NCBI GenBank assembly: GCA_017456145.1
Contig: JAFTJZ010000034.1
Span: forward strand, 2,412-66,411
Length of the DNA stretch: 64,000 nt
Source of the DNA: Clostridia bacterium
GTDB lineage: Bacteria; Bacillota; Clostridia; Oscillospirales; CAG-272
Direction of reading: 5' to 3'
Shown: positions 53,806-63,132 of the stretch, piece after piece
How the letters are laid out: each line of letters begins with the position of its first letter
Position numbering within the stretch: the stretch's first letter is position 1
The notes under the pieces: model-generated
What the model was told of the DNA's origin: nothing
The model's input: the letters and a program-made list of their open reading frames with translations, nothing else
Databases searched by the model: none
Translations under genes and position numbers: made by a program

Positions 53806-53983
53806 TTTGCTTATCGAAACAATTCTTCCAAATGCTGCCGCTCTCTCACTTTTCCGTCAAATTTTTATGACATTCGCATCGCCAAACTGCGACGATTTTT
53901 CCATCAGATTCTTGCTAAAATTTCCTTGCCATCGCCGCGGGACAACCCTGCCGCGAAATTTGAAAACAAAGGAATCAACCATC

Positions 53984-55180
53984 ATGTCATCCTCCGTTAT
54001 GCAAGAAATCCGTCGTAAATTGCCGATTCGCCCTCGCAAGGACGCTATATCGCTGACACCAACCGAGCTACCCACCACCGCAGAGCAATCCGGCATGGTT
54101 TATGAGCTCCCGATCGACGACATCATCCCCAATCGCAGCCAACCGCGCTCCTGCTTTAACCAAAACGCCATTCTCCGACTCTCTGACTCCATACGTCGTT
54201 ATGGAATCCTTCAACCTCTTACCGTCCGAAAAATTCTCGTGCCTGCCAAAACACGCAGCAACTTCTCGCCTATCACCCTTGATGACCCCAAGAATGAAGA
54301 AAAAAGCGCGGGTGCAGACCCATCAAGTACATATCTCCCGCCTGCGATGGGTGTTCACTCCTATAGCAGCGATCCGGCAGCCCCATCAGGCGGCCAACCA
54401 ACCGTTCTTTATGAACTAATTGCGGGCGAACGCAGACTTCGTGCGGCCAAGCTTGCGGAGCTTATCACCGTTCCCTGTATCATCGTCAATACAGATGATT
54501 CGACAAGTGCCGAGCTCGCGATCATAGAAAACCTCCTTCGCGAGGATCTTAATATGTTTGAGCAGGCGGAAGCTTTTCGCCGCTTGATCGACGAATTTAT
54601 GCTGACACAGGATGAAGTTGCACGTCGCGTCTCTCTGAGTCAGTCTGCTGTTGCAAATAAGCTGCGCATTCTCCGACTCTCACGATCCGAACGCGAGATC
54701 ATTCTCCAAGCCGGGCTGACAGAGCGTCACGCACGCGCGCTTTTGAAGATCACCGACGAGCACCTTCGTCTCGAAACCCTGCACCATATTATCGACAAAC
54801 GCATGAATGTCAGCACCACGGAGGGATATATCGACGAAATCCTTGATCATTTAAGTCGAGAGCGCAATCGGGCAAAAGAAACGACCGCCTACGCGTCGGA
54901 ATCCACCATACAATCCGATCCACTTTCGCCTCAGCCGCCCTCGGCCCACGAAAATTCGAGCGCAGAGCTGCCAGTAGCATCACCACTATTTGGTGTAACG
55001 TCAGTTTCGCGCCGAAAGGGTGCGATTCGCGACATTCGATTGTTTTATAATTCGATTCGGAACGCCGCGACCATTCTTGAACAGACGGGCGTTCAAGTCG
55101 ATATTGATCAGCAAGAATCCGATGAGGAAATTTTGATTTTTGTTCATGTAACCACTCAAAAGCCATCCAAGCCGATTTGA
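53984..55180 (+). CDS. noc: ParB-family protein in the noc position (nucleoid-occlusion-like), with an internal low-complexity insertion
   Basis: ORF 53807..55180 trimmed to MSSSVMQEIRRK (ATG 53984, weak SD). ParB N-domain motifs IIPNRSQPR, GILQPLTVRK and YELIAGERRLRAAKLA are present, with HTH QDEVARRVSLSQSAVANKLRILRL. The symbol is assigned from gene order (rsmG-noc-soj-spo0J). Confidence 0.75.
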   Translation: MSSSVMQEIRRKLPIRPRKDAISLTPTELPTTAEQSGMVYELPIDDIIPNRSQPRSCFNQNAILRLSDSIRRYGILQPLTVRKILVPAKTRSNFSPITLDDPKNEEKSAGADPSSTYLPPAMGVHSYSSDPAAPSGGQPTVLYELIAGERRLRAAKLAELITVPCIIVNTDDSTSAELAIIENLLREDLNMFEQAEAFRRLIDEFMLTQDEVARRVSLSQSAVANKLRILRLSRSEREIILQAGLTERHARALLKITDEHLRLETLHHIIDKRMNVSTTEGYIDEILDHLSRERNRAKETTAYASESTIQSDPLSPQPPSAHENSSAELPVASPLFGVTSVSRRKGAIRDIRLFYNSIRNAATILEQTGVQVDIDQQESDEEILIFVHVTTQKPSKPI

Positions 55181-55181
55181 G

Positions 55182-55197
55182 TGTTTCACGTGAAACA
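55182..55197. promoter_or_regulatory. parS site 1
   Basis: TGTTTCACGTGAAACA is a perfect palindrome with 15/16 match to the Bacillus consensus TGTTCCACGTGAAACA. Confidence 0.85.
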
Positions 55198-55227
55198 TTT
55201 TTATTTCAAATAAACTTGTTTCTTATT

Positions 55228-55243
55228 TGTTCCACGTGAAACA
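55228..55243. promoter_or_regulatory. parS site 2
   Basis: TGTTCCACGTGAAACA is an exact consensus parS. Confidence 0.9.
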
Positions 55244-55283
55244 TCTTAATTTTCATTTGAGCCCATTGAATTTTTGTTGGAAA

Positions 55284-55299
55284 TATTTCACGTGGAACA
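55284..55299. promoter_or_regulatory. parS site 3
   Basis: TATTTCACGTGGAACA, whose reverse complement is TGTTCCACGTGAAATA (15/16). Confidence 0.8.
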
Positions 55300-55330
55300 T
55301 TTCCATCTCATCTTCGCCTCAATTTAGATA

Positions 55331-55346
55331 TGTTCCACGTGAAACA
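55331..55346. promoter_or_regulatory. parS site 4
   Basis: TGTTCCACGTGAAACA is an exact consensus parS. Confidence 0.9.
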
Positions 55347-55399
55347 CATTTGAATCTGAATATTTTTCTAAATATTTCGAATTTTCAGACAAAATGATA

Positions 55400-55428
55400 T
55401 TGATTTTTTTCAAAAAGTGTGCTATAAT
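55400..55428 (+). promoter_or_regulatory. Promoter of soj-spo0J(-serS)
   Basis: TTGATT, a 17-nt spacer ending in TGc, then TATAAT. Confidence 0.6.
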
Positions 55429-55492
55429 ATAGACCAGAAGTATATTTCGCCGATTTTTCGGCTCACATTATCGAAAGGCGGTATTCACCGAT

Positions 55493-56254
55493 ATGGGAAA
55501 AATTATAGCCTTTGCCAACCAAAAAGGCGGTGTGGGCAAAACCACCTCCGCCGTCAATATAGCCGCGTCGCTCGGTATTCTCGGTCGCCGCGTTCTTGTT
55601 GTCGACCTTGACCCTCAGGGTAACACCACCAGCGGCGTCGGCATTTCAAAAAAGACACTCCGTCGCACCATGCATGATGTTTTATCCGACCAAGTTCCGG
55701 CATCCGAGGTGATTTTACCAACCGAATTTGAGAATCTTTGGATATTACCGGCAAATATCTCGCTCGCGGGCTCCGAATTTGACCTCTACGAGTCAGAGGA
55801 AAGTGAATTTCAGATCAAAAAAGCGCTTGAACCTCTGAAAAGCGAATATGATTACATCATCATCGACTGCCCGCCTTCGCTTGGCATGCTCACGGTCAAC
55901 GCCATGACTGCAGCAGACGGTGTCGTGATCCCCATGCAATGCGAATTTTATGCGCTTGAAGGACTTTCTCAGCTCATGATCACGGTAAGTCGCATCAAGC
56001 AGCATTATAATAGCGCGCTCAACATTGTCGGCATCCTTGTCACAATGTATAACAGTCGACTTTTGCTCTCCGTGCAGGTGATTTCTGAGTTGAAAAAGCA
56101 TTATTCGGACAAGCTCTTTGAGCAATGCATCTCCAGAAACGTCAAGCTTTCCGAGGCTCCCGGGTTTGGTCTCCCCGTATACTACCACGACAAAAAGAGC
56201 AAGGGCGCCGAAGAATATCTCGCAGTCGCAAGAGAATTGATCTTCAGAATTTGA
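55493..56254 (+). CDS. soj: ParA-family chromosome partitioning ATPase Soj
   Basis: 253 aa with the deviant Walker A in IIAFANQKGGVGKTTSAVNIAASL, plus VLVVDLDPQGNTTSG and IIIDCPPSLG. Confidence 0.95.
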   Translation: MGKIIAFANQKGGVGKTTSAVNIAASLGILGRRVLVVDLDPQGNTTSGVGISKKTLRRTMHDVLSDQVPASEVILPTEFENLWILPANISLAGSEFDLYESEESEFQIKKALEPLKSEYDYIIIDCPPSLGMLTVNAMTAADGVVIPMQCEFYALEGLSQLMITVSRIKQHYNSALNIVGILVTMYNSRLLLSVQVISELKKHYSDKLFEQCISRNVKLSEAPGFGLPVYYHDKKSKGAEEYLAVARELIFRI

Positions 56255-56265
56255 CAGCGGGTAAT

Positions 56266-56335
56266 TGGGACATCGCCCCAAGCCCCACCGCGTAACCTTT
56301 TTGCAAAAAAGGTTTTTTGGAATCTCCATAAACTT
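56266..56335 (+). repeat. Degenerate copy g of the multi-hairpin repeat
   Basis: GGGACATCGCCCCAAGCCCC + GTAACCTTTTTGCAAAAAAGGTTTTTTGG + AATCTCCATAAAC. It begins 12 nt after the soj stop. Confidence 0.6.
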
Positions 56336-56408
56336 CTTTTAATTATATTTTCGTTATCGTTCGTGATGTAACGGTCGATTTTAACATTATTCAAGAGAGG
56401 AACATCTC

Positions 56409-57332
56409 ATGGCAAAGAAAGCAGGCGGTCTCGGCCGCGATTTCTACTCACTTTTAGATGATAACACCCCTGAAAACGCCAAAGGATCATCAACCACGCT
56501 GCGAATTGCGGACATCGAGCCGCGAAGTGACCAGCCAAGAAAGGATTTCAACCAGAACGCACTGGAGCTTTTGGCAGAGTCCATTGGCACCTACGGCGTT
56601 CTGCAGCCGATTATTGTCCGTGAAAATCCCATGCTGCCCGGATCTTACGAGATCATTGCGGGCGAGCGTCGGTGGCGCGCCGCAAAAATGGCAGGATTAT
56701 CTGACATTCCCGTCGTCATTCTCGAGGGCGACGATCTCAAGGCTGCGCAGGTTTCCATTATCGAGAACATTCAGCGCGAAAATCTCAACCCCGTCGAGGA
56801 AGCGCTCGCATACCGAGCTCTGATCGATAAATTTGACCTCACGCAGGAAAAGGTCGCCGCTCAGGTCGGAAAAAATCGTACGACCATCGCAAACATGATG
56901 CGCTTACTTGATCTGCCCGAGGACGTACTTGATATGCTGCGCGACGGCACCATCAGCGCCGGTCATGCCCGCGCACTTTTGGGGCTTGATCGCGAGGAGG
57001 ATATTCCCGTGCTCGCCAACAAGATCTTCATGTATGACATGACGGTACGTGACGTCGAAAAAGCCGTTCGCCGCATGAACGAGCAGGCCGGGGCCGCAGA
57101 ACTCGAGGAGCAGGGAAGTGCTGACGTCGTCTCTCCCCCGGATCATGAGGCCACTTTGCGTCGTCTGTACATCAAGGAGCTTGAGAACAAGATGCTTGGT
57201 GCGCTCGGGCGGAAGGTCAAGATCACCTCAACGCCCAAAAAGAAGACCGTGGAGCTCACTTATGAGAACGACGACGACCTTGAAGAGCTTCTCCGTGCGC
57301 TTTGCGGCAACGATATCTTTGTGGAGGAATAA
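56409..57332 (+). CDS. spo0J: ParB-family chromosome partitioning protein Spo0J
   Basis: 307 aa with IEPRSDQPRKDF, GVLQPIIVRE, YEIIAGERRWRAAKMAG and HTH QEKVAAQVGKNRTTIANMMRLLDLP. Confidence 0.95.
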   Translation: MAKKAGGLGRDFYSLLDDNTPENAKGSSTTLRIADIEPRSDQPRKDFNQNALELLAESIGTYGVLQPIIVRENPMLPGSYEIIAGERRWRAAKMAGLSDIPVVILEGDDLKAAQVSIIENIQRENLNPVEEALAYRALIDKFDLTQEKVAAQVGKNRTTIANMMRLLDLPEDVLDMLRDGTISAGHARALLGLDREEDIPVLANKIFMYDMTVRDVEKAVRRMNEQAGAAELEEQGSADVVSPPDHEATLRRLYIKELENKMLGALGRKVKITSTPKKKTVELTYENDDDLEELLRALCGNDIFVEE

Positions 57333-57390
57333 CATATTTTCTCTTTGCTGCCATTATTTTACATTTTTATTTTGAAAGGAACGTATTCCC

Positions 57391-58671
57391 ATGCTGGACA
57401 TTAAATATATCAAAGAAAATCCCGATGAAGTCATTGCGCGCCTTGCCAAAAAGGGAAAGGACGCCAAGGAAGACATTGCGCAGATCCTCGCGCTTGATAC
57501 GCAGAGAAGAACGCTGATCGGCGAGGTGGAGGCACTGAAAGCCGAACAAAACAAGGCTACCAAGCAGATTCCCCAGATGAAAAAGGCGGGTCTTGACACC
57601 GCCCCCGTATTTGCTGAGCTCAAGGCAATGGGCGATAAAGCCAAGGCGATCGACGAACAGCTCAAAGAGGTTGAAACACAGCTGACCGGCGTTATGCTGG
57701 GTCTGCCCAACCTGCCCGACAACGACCTGAAAGAGGGTGGAAAAGAGAATAACGAGCCGCTGCGCTACTGGGGTGAGCCTCGCAAGTTCGATTTCGAGCC
57801 TCAAAATCATGTCGATCTTTGCACATCGCTGGGTCTGATCGATTACGATCGCGGTACCAAGCTGGCAGGCTCCGGTTTTTGGATCTATCGCGGCATGGGC
57901 GCAAGATTGGAGTGGGCACTTCTCAACTATTTTATTGATACCCATATCGCCGACGGCTATGAGCTGATCCTTCCTCCCCATATGCTGGAGTACGAATGCG
58001 GTCTGACGGCAGGTCAGTTCCCCAAATTTGCTGATGAAGTCTACAAAATCGAAAATCCGACCGATAATCGTATGCACTATATGCTGCCCACGGCCGAGGC
58101 TGCTCTGGCATCTCTTTACCGGAACGAGCTGATGACCGAGGCGGATTTCCCCAAAAAGCTGGTCAGCTACACCCCCTGTTTCCGTCGCGAGGCGGGCTCT
58201 TACCGCTCTGACGAACGCGGCATGGTGCGCGGACACCAGTTCAACAAAGTCGAAATGTTCCAATATACGCTGCCCGAGCAGAGTGACGCGGCATTTGACG
58301 AGCTGGTTACCAAGGCGGAGGCTCTTGTCGGCGGTCTGGGATTCCACTTCCGTACGGTTAAGCTGGCAGCAGAGGACTGCTCCGCATCGATGGCACGCAC
58401 CTACGACATCGAGATCAACATTCCGTCCATGAATGGCTATAAAGAGGTCTCCTCGGTCTCCAACGCTCGCGATTATCAGGCGCGCCGCGGAAATATCCGC
58501 GTGAAACGCGCAACAGGCAAGACCGAATTTGTTCACACCCTCAACGGCTCCGGGCTTGCAACCTCCCGCATCCTGCCCGCCCTTGTCGAGCAAAACCAGA
58601 CCGCAGATGGCTCCGTCGTCATCCCCGAGGTCCTGCGCAAGTACGTCGGTGTGGAGATCTTGAAGAAATAA
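57391..58671 (+). CDS. serS: Seryl-tRNA synthetase
   Basis: 426 aa. MLDIKYIKENPDEV begins the coiled-coil arm, and class II motifs are present (FWIYRGMGARLEWALLNYFID, TPCFRREAGS, GSGLATSRILPALVEQ). Confidence 0.95.
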   Translation: MLDIKYIKENPDEVIARLAKKGKDAKEDIAQILALDTQRRTLIGEVEALKAEQNKATKQIPQMKKAGLDTAPVFAELKAMGDKAKAIDEQLKEVETQLTGVMLGLPNLPDNDLKEGGKENNEPLRYWGEPRKFDFEPQNHVDLCTSLGLIDYDRGTKLAGSGFWIYRGMGARLEWALLNYFIDTHIADGYELILPPHMLEYECGLTAGQFPKFADEVYKIENPTDNRMHYMLPTAEAALASLYRNELMTEADFPKKLVSYTPCFRREAGSYRSDERGMVRGHQFNKVEMFQYTLPEQSDAAFDELVTKAEALVGGLGFHFRTVKLAAEDCSASMARTYDIEINIPSMNGYKEVSSVSNARDYQARRGNIRVKRATGKTEFVHTLNGSGLATSRILPALVEQNQTADGSVVIPEVLRKYVGVEILKK

Positions 58672-58678
58672 AATACAA

Positions 58679-58780
58679 CAAGGGGCGCCGCCCCAAGCCC
58701 CGCCAAGGAAACTTTTTCCAAAAAGTTTCCTTGGATCCTTCAAAAAATCTTTATCCGTTTTTGATTTTTTGCGGGTCTGT
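58679..58780 (+). repeat. Multi-hairpin repeat, subfamily 1, copy h
   Basis: AAGGGGCGCCGCCCCAAG + CCAAGGAAACTTTTTCCAAAAAGTTTCCTTGG (58703..58734) + ATCCTTCAAAAAATC... It begins 8 nt after the serS stop. Confidence 0.85.
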
Positions 58781-58879
58781 TCATTCCCCGCGTTTCCAAT
58801 CGCCCATATGTATGAATACGGTGGAATAGAACAATATTTTCGAAAATTGCCCGCCCACCAACGAAAAAAGGAGAACCAT

Positions 58880-59578
58880 ATGTCACTCACCGCGCTTGTA
58901 CATACGCTGACAGCATCAGAAGACCCCTCTCTTTTTGAGGAGATCTGGACATATATTATTGATAATTATTTCACCATCGATTGGTATTCATATAACTATA
59001 ACCATTTTTCCGTCAGCGATAACGGCCTAATCTCCATCCGTACCGGCATCGCCGCACTGCTGCTTGGTGTCATCATCGCCGCAGCCATGGCCACCTACCA
59101 AAAACGAACCCTGGGAGATCTGGTTCGCGCCATCGATCGTGAATGGTGCGTCACCCCCGACACGGCCAAAACCTTGACCGAGCTGGGACTGATCCGTAAT
59201 ACCGCCATCAAAGGCGACCTGCGCCACGGTCGCGCACTTCGTCGTGTCGTCCGCTGCGTTGAGGAAGAGGCCCATTACGCCGCGCTGAAGGAACGCCGCG
59301 ATCATCTTGCCGCCCAAGCGGAGGCAGGGGACGCCGAGGCAATCGCCACTTTGAAACAATGGAAGGATGTCCCGTATCGTCTCAATTTTGACACCGACCA
59401 TTTCTATATTCCCGAGTCTTTGATCTATGGCGCGGATAACCAGTTCGACAAGAAGGGAACCACACCGCTGACCCTTGTTCTTTGCATCGTTGTTTGCGTC
59501 GTCCTGTTGATCGCCGTCTGTTTCTTCCTGCCTGAGCTGTTGCAGCTGACGGATAATATGATCGGGATATTTGCTTGA
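58880..59578 (+). CDS. Hypothetical membrane protein (232 aa, two TM helices)
   Basis: ORF 58769..59578 trimmed to ATG 58880 (GGAGaaccatATG). TM helices are GIAALLLGVIIAAAMA and LTLVLCIVVCVVLLIAVCFFL. Confidence 0.6.
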   Translation: MSLTALVHTLTASEDPSLFEEIWTYIIDNYFTIDWYSYNYNHFSVSDNGLISIRTGIAALLLGVIIAAAMATYQKRTLGDLVRAIDREWCVTPDTAKTLTELGLIRNTAIKGDLRHGRALRRVVRCVEEEAHYAALKERRDHLAAQAEAGDAEAIATLKQWKDVPYRLNFDTDHFYIPESLIYGADNQFDKKGTTPLTLVLCIVVCVVLLIAVCFFLPELLQLTDNMIGIFA

Positions 59579-59620
59579 GCGCTATCCCACTTTATTTTGA
59601 CCATTTCTATCATTCTGTTT

Positions 59621-59663
59621 CCGCCGAGAGGTTTTGTTGTTTGTCCTCTCGGCGGATTTTTTA
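59621..59663 (+). terminator. Intrinsic terminator
   Basis: CCGCCGAGAGG-ttttgttgtttgt-CCTCTCGGCGG followed by ATTTTTT. Confidence 0.8.
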
Positions 59664-59713
59664 TAAAAAATCAATCGGCGCACCGCCCGTACGGACGAAA
59701 TGCGCCGATCTTT

Positions 59714-60325
59714 TTATTTTGCTGCGTGAAACTCTGCCAGCTTTTTTTCAAGCAACGCCATGGCTTGCGTATTCCGCTGCATAAACGCCTCGTCGCTCAT
59801 CTCCGCCACAGGCGAGTGCGGACCGCAATATTCCCGAAAACCGAATTTGTGGTAGATGCTGATCGCAGGATAATTTTGCGTCGAGGTCAGCAGATACAGA
59901 CAACCGTCGTGATAGCGCTCGTTGTATAACGCCAACACACGGGCAAGCAACGCCTGTGCGATGCCCCTTCCTGCATGATTGTCCTTGACGGCAAGCCAAT
60001 GCGCACGATAACAAGGCTTACCTATAAATTCCCAGCACCACAGCGATGCCGTCGCCACATATTCCCCGTCGGGAGCGATGACAAACAGCGTGTGATCGCG
60101 TGCATCCAGAGGGTAGTCGTTCAAAAATTCCCGCGTAAAGCAATCAACGCCCTCCGCAAGGGTCTTAAATTGTCCGACGTCGCACTCGATCTCTGCCCAC
60201 TTTTGTGCATCTCCCTCGCGATAATAGGCAAAGGAGTATCCCGCAGGCAGCGACACCCGCGGATAGACATCGGTATCACATTTGTAAAGGATCAGGGAAA
60301 TGGCCGGTGTGGATTGGTCAATCAT
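59714..60325 (-). CDS. GNAT-family N-acetyltransferase
   Basis: 203 aa with GGAGGtttatATG. Motifs are WLAVKDNHAGRGIAQALLARVL and ...ISIYHKFGF. Confidence 0.8.
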   Translation of the reverse strand: MIDQSTPAISLILYKCDTDVYPRVSLPAGYSFAYYREGDAQKWAEIECDVGQFKTLAEGVDCFTREFLNDYPLDARDHTLFVIAPDGEYVATASLWCWEFIGKPCYRAHWLAVKDNHAGRGIAQALLARVLALYNERYHDGCLYLLTSTQNYPAISIYHKFGFREYCGPHSPVAEMSDEAFMQRNTQAMALLEKKLAEFHAAK

Positions 60326-60365
60326 ATAAACCTCCTCTGTAAACGGTATGTGCCGCTCTCGGTGC

Positions 60366-62360
60366 TCATTGATTCAGAGCGGCAAGATCAAGGTGATATT
60401 CATTGCCACCAAAGCGAACAAGGTAGCGGCTGCCGCCCGCATGGCTGATGTGCGGCAAGGCCTCTCCGATACGAACGGGGAAGAGCAGGGTGGTAAAGTG
60501 AAACTCCTTCACCCCGCACACCCGCCGCGACAGGGTCGTCGCCTTGTGAAGATAACTCTCGTTTCTGCCGTTGTACCAGCCGCAAAAGCGCGGCTCGGTC
60601 TGACCGCTGACTGCCTCGACCGCCACCTCCCCCGCATCGTCTATCGGAATGATCGCAACCTCATACGTCCGAGCAAACTCAGAGATCATAGCTCCGGGAT
60701 AATCCGGCAGTGCGCGCATACGCGTGGTGTCCAGGTGGAAGAGGACCTCATAATCGTGCGCTGCACCGTCGTTTGAGAGCAGTGTATCGCGAATGCAGAA
60801 AAATCCCGGCTTGCAAAATCGCACCTCGCGCTTGTGGGTGGCGGGCTTGGACAGCTCCTTGCCCCCTTCGGCCCGAAACGTATCGTCATAGGTGGCGGCG
60901 GCATAGTCAAACGTCGCGCACGTTACCCAGCCCGCGTCGATCGGCTCTTGTGCGACCAGAGGTCTTGTGCGATATTGCGCCATACCGTCCACCAGCACGG
61001 TATTATGCCCGTAACCCGAGAGTGCGTACTCCCTTGCACGAGAGAGCTCATATTGTCCGCCACCGTCATCGTAGATCAGCTCCTCGCTGCCCTTGTACAG
61101 ATTGATATTCAGCTTATCCTGATGCATATGCCCTGCACCCAAGGGGCCGACATCAAAGCAAAGATAGGTCGCATCCGCGCCCCAATCACTTCGCATGACG
61201 GCAAAGCCCGCATACGGCAGATAAGCGGATGCCGTCATCCCCGCGGGCGGCTGCCCCTCGGCCCGCGCAGTGGTAATGTATCTGCATTCGGGACAATCAC
61301 CTAACAGCTTTTCCGTGCGCTCGGTATACAGATGGGTGCATATGGTAAAGGTATCGTTGGTGCGCGGCTGGGTCAGCGCAGGCGTGGACAACAGCACTGC
61401 CGCGTGTGCCGTTTTACGGATCAGCTCTGACACACGATCCGGCACCTCGGCACGATATCCCAGCGTATTCGCAAGGCTGTAAAAATTCGCAGCGCAACGA
61501 TAAACCACGACCTGATAGTCGGGCGAGAGCTCATTGTGCATTCCGTCGGGCAGCATCTGCCCATTCAATTCGCGGATCAGCCGTTCGGCGGCAGTGGCGC
61601 GGTTGGCCGCCGCGTCGCATAGCTCGGGAAACAGTGCGGAAAAGGTATAAACACCGTTGGATTCCATCATCAGCCAATTGCCCCTCGTCGGATGGGCGAC
61701 CAGGTGGATCGCCTGACGGTGCATCGAGGCGATCATGAGCAACAGCGTGACATCGTCCAGGGCTGTGCGAAAACCGTCGTAGGCGACCTGCCATGAGCCA
61801 AGCAGCCGCAGACCGCACTCAATGGTGCGCCATGCGCTGCCCGGACCGTTCCAATTTGCGGGAATGTCGGTCTGCGCGATCCATTTCAGTAATTGTGTGC
61901 GGAAGGCAACAGCGTATTTCTCTTTCCTCGTTTTTCGATACGCCCGCGCCATGGGAATCCAGTAGGAATGACGGTTGAACTGCCAGAGCCATTCATGATT
62001 GCGCGGCCCCCGAAGAGCCGTGGGATCAAACAGAAAATCGATCTCTCCCTCAAACGTCCAATCGATGTTGACCTCGCGCATGATGCCGCTGCTCGCCCGA
62101 TCCGCGGCAGCCGCATCGTACGTCCCCTTGGCGGACAGCTCCTCAACAGGGAAGTCAGGCTTGCCGCGATAATAGGCCGCACACGCAGCCAGCGCCGCAT
62201 CGAGATCTCCGTCGGCGAGGGCCTGCGCATATGCTTTACCGATCGCATCGGGATCGAGCACGTCGATCAGCTCTCCCAGATGTGCCGCGTATTTTGCCGC
62301 AGTCGCGCCGTCTGCGGTCAGCGCGGCAACCACAGATAAAAGTCGTTGTTCATGATTCAT
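60366..62360 (-). CDS. Heparinase II/III-like (alginate-lyase superfamily) protein
   Basis: ORF 60366..62396 trimmed to ATG 62360 (AAGGAGtaaagctATG). Motifs are NHEWLWQFNRHSYW, WRTIECGLRLLGSW, GNWLMMESNG, HNELSPDYQ, GAGHMHQDKLNINLY and GHNTVLVDG. Confidence 0.8.
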   Translation of the reverse strand: MNHEQRLLSVVAALTADGATAAKYAAHLGELIDVLDPDAIGKAYAQALADGDLDAALAACAAYYRGKPDFPVEELSAKGTYDAAAADRASSGIMREVNIDWTFEGEIDFLFDPTALRGPRNHEWLWQFNRHSYWIPMARAYRKTRKEKYAVAFRTQLLKWIAQTDIPANWNGPGSAWRTIECGLRLLGSWQVAYDGFRTALDDVTLLLMIASMHRQAIHLVAHPTRGNWLMMESNGVYTFSALFPELCDAAANRATAAERLIRELNGQMLPDGMHNELSPDYQVVVYRCAANFYSLANTLGYRAEVPDRVSELIRKTAHAAVLLSTPALTQPRTNDTFTICTHLYTERTEKLLGDCPECRYITTARAEGQPPAGMTASAYLPYAGFAVMRSDWGADATYLCFDVGPLGAGHMHQDKLNINLYKGSEELIYDDGGGQYELSRAREYALSGYGHNTVLVDGMAQYRTRPLVAQEPIDAGWVTCATFDYAAATYDDTFRAEGGKELSKPATHKREVRFCKPGFFCIRDTLLSNDGAAHDYEVLFHLDTTRMRALPDYPGAMISEFARTYEVAIIPIDDAGEVAVEAVSGQTEPRFCGWYNGRNESYLHKATTLSRRVCGVKEFHFTTLLFPVRIGEALPHISHAGGSRYLVRFGGNEYHLDLAALNQ

Positions 62361-63034
62361 AGCTTTACTCCTTTTCCGATTTTTTAATGATAACACACGG
62401 ACAGCAGTGTTGATATGTTTATCTCCCTACCGAAGAATGGCAATGGATATGGAGTTTCTCCCGGCTCGGCATCCGCGCCTTCTTTGTGGGCGGGAAGGTC
62501 GCATCAAACGCCTCGACCGCAGCAGTGTCCTCACGGCAATCGGCGACGGTGGAAACGATATACATCCACTTTCTGCCGTCAAGTGCGCCCGGCTTGTAGA
62601 CGTTCCGGAACGCCTCGCGCGTAAGCTCTTCCACCGCCCGTCATCTTTTTTTGTTTCTAAACGCATCGTCAAATGGTTCATTGTTAATTCTTGCATAAAT
62701 TGTTGACGCGCAAATTACGAGAGGACTGCCGAGAATGTATTTGCATACCTCCCGTTGACCGTACGATCTCCAATAGGTCGATGTTTTTCAAAAAGCACAC
62801 TCCGATATAAAATATTCAAGCCTAAATCTGTAAAACATTATATCACAAAATCGTGAATATTTCAAGCCAAATCAACTTTTTTGGCGAACAGAGTCTTTTG
62901 ATAACAAAAAAACCCTGTCCCTTGCCAGGGCGTAGTCCTTTTTTCCTTTCAAGCATCTCAGACCAAGATTAAGCACCGTAGACGCCGAAAGGCCCCAGTA
63001 AATCCGAAAATGCGGTTCTCATATGTACTGCATC

Positions 63035-63081
63035 GAAAAAAGGGGCTGCTGCAAATCTTCATTTGCAACAGCCCCTTTTTT
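63035..63081. terminator. Bidirectional intrinsic terminator
   Basis: GGGGCTGCTGCAAAT-cttc-ATTTGCAACAGCCCC flanked by A6 and T6. Confidence 0.75.
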
Positions 63082-63132
63082 GCTGCGATAAACGTGATAA
63101 AAGGTCAAAAGCAGAGGTAAAAGTGAAAAAGG

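Noticed and set aside
57333-57390. T-box leader upstream of serS
   Set aside because: Only 58 nt separate the spo0J stop and the serS start. That is too short for a T-box, and no specifier or antiterminator elements are visible.
57367-58890. 507-aa minus-strand ORF; similar long antisense ORFs lie at 51511..52893, 48933..50249, 39333..40436 and 9533..10414
   Set aside because: Each lies antisense to a gene with clear family motifs (serS, mnmG, the GxGYxYP gene, ABC-F, GH31). Such ORFs are typical GC-rich antisense open frames.
62419-62696. Two overlapping minus-strand ORFs (71 and 89 aa) downstream of nothing recognisable
   Set aside because: They may be the two halves of a frameshifted, decayed small gene (MQELTMNHLTMRLETKKDDGRW / ...EELTREAFRNVYKPGALDGRKWMYIVSTVADC...). 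I cannot assign a family or a credible start, so they are not called.
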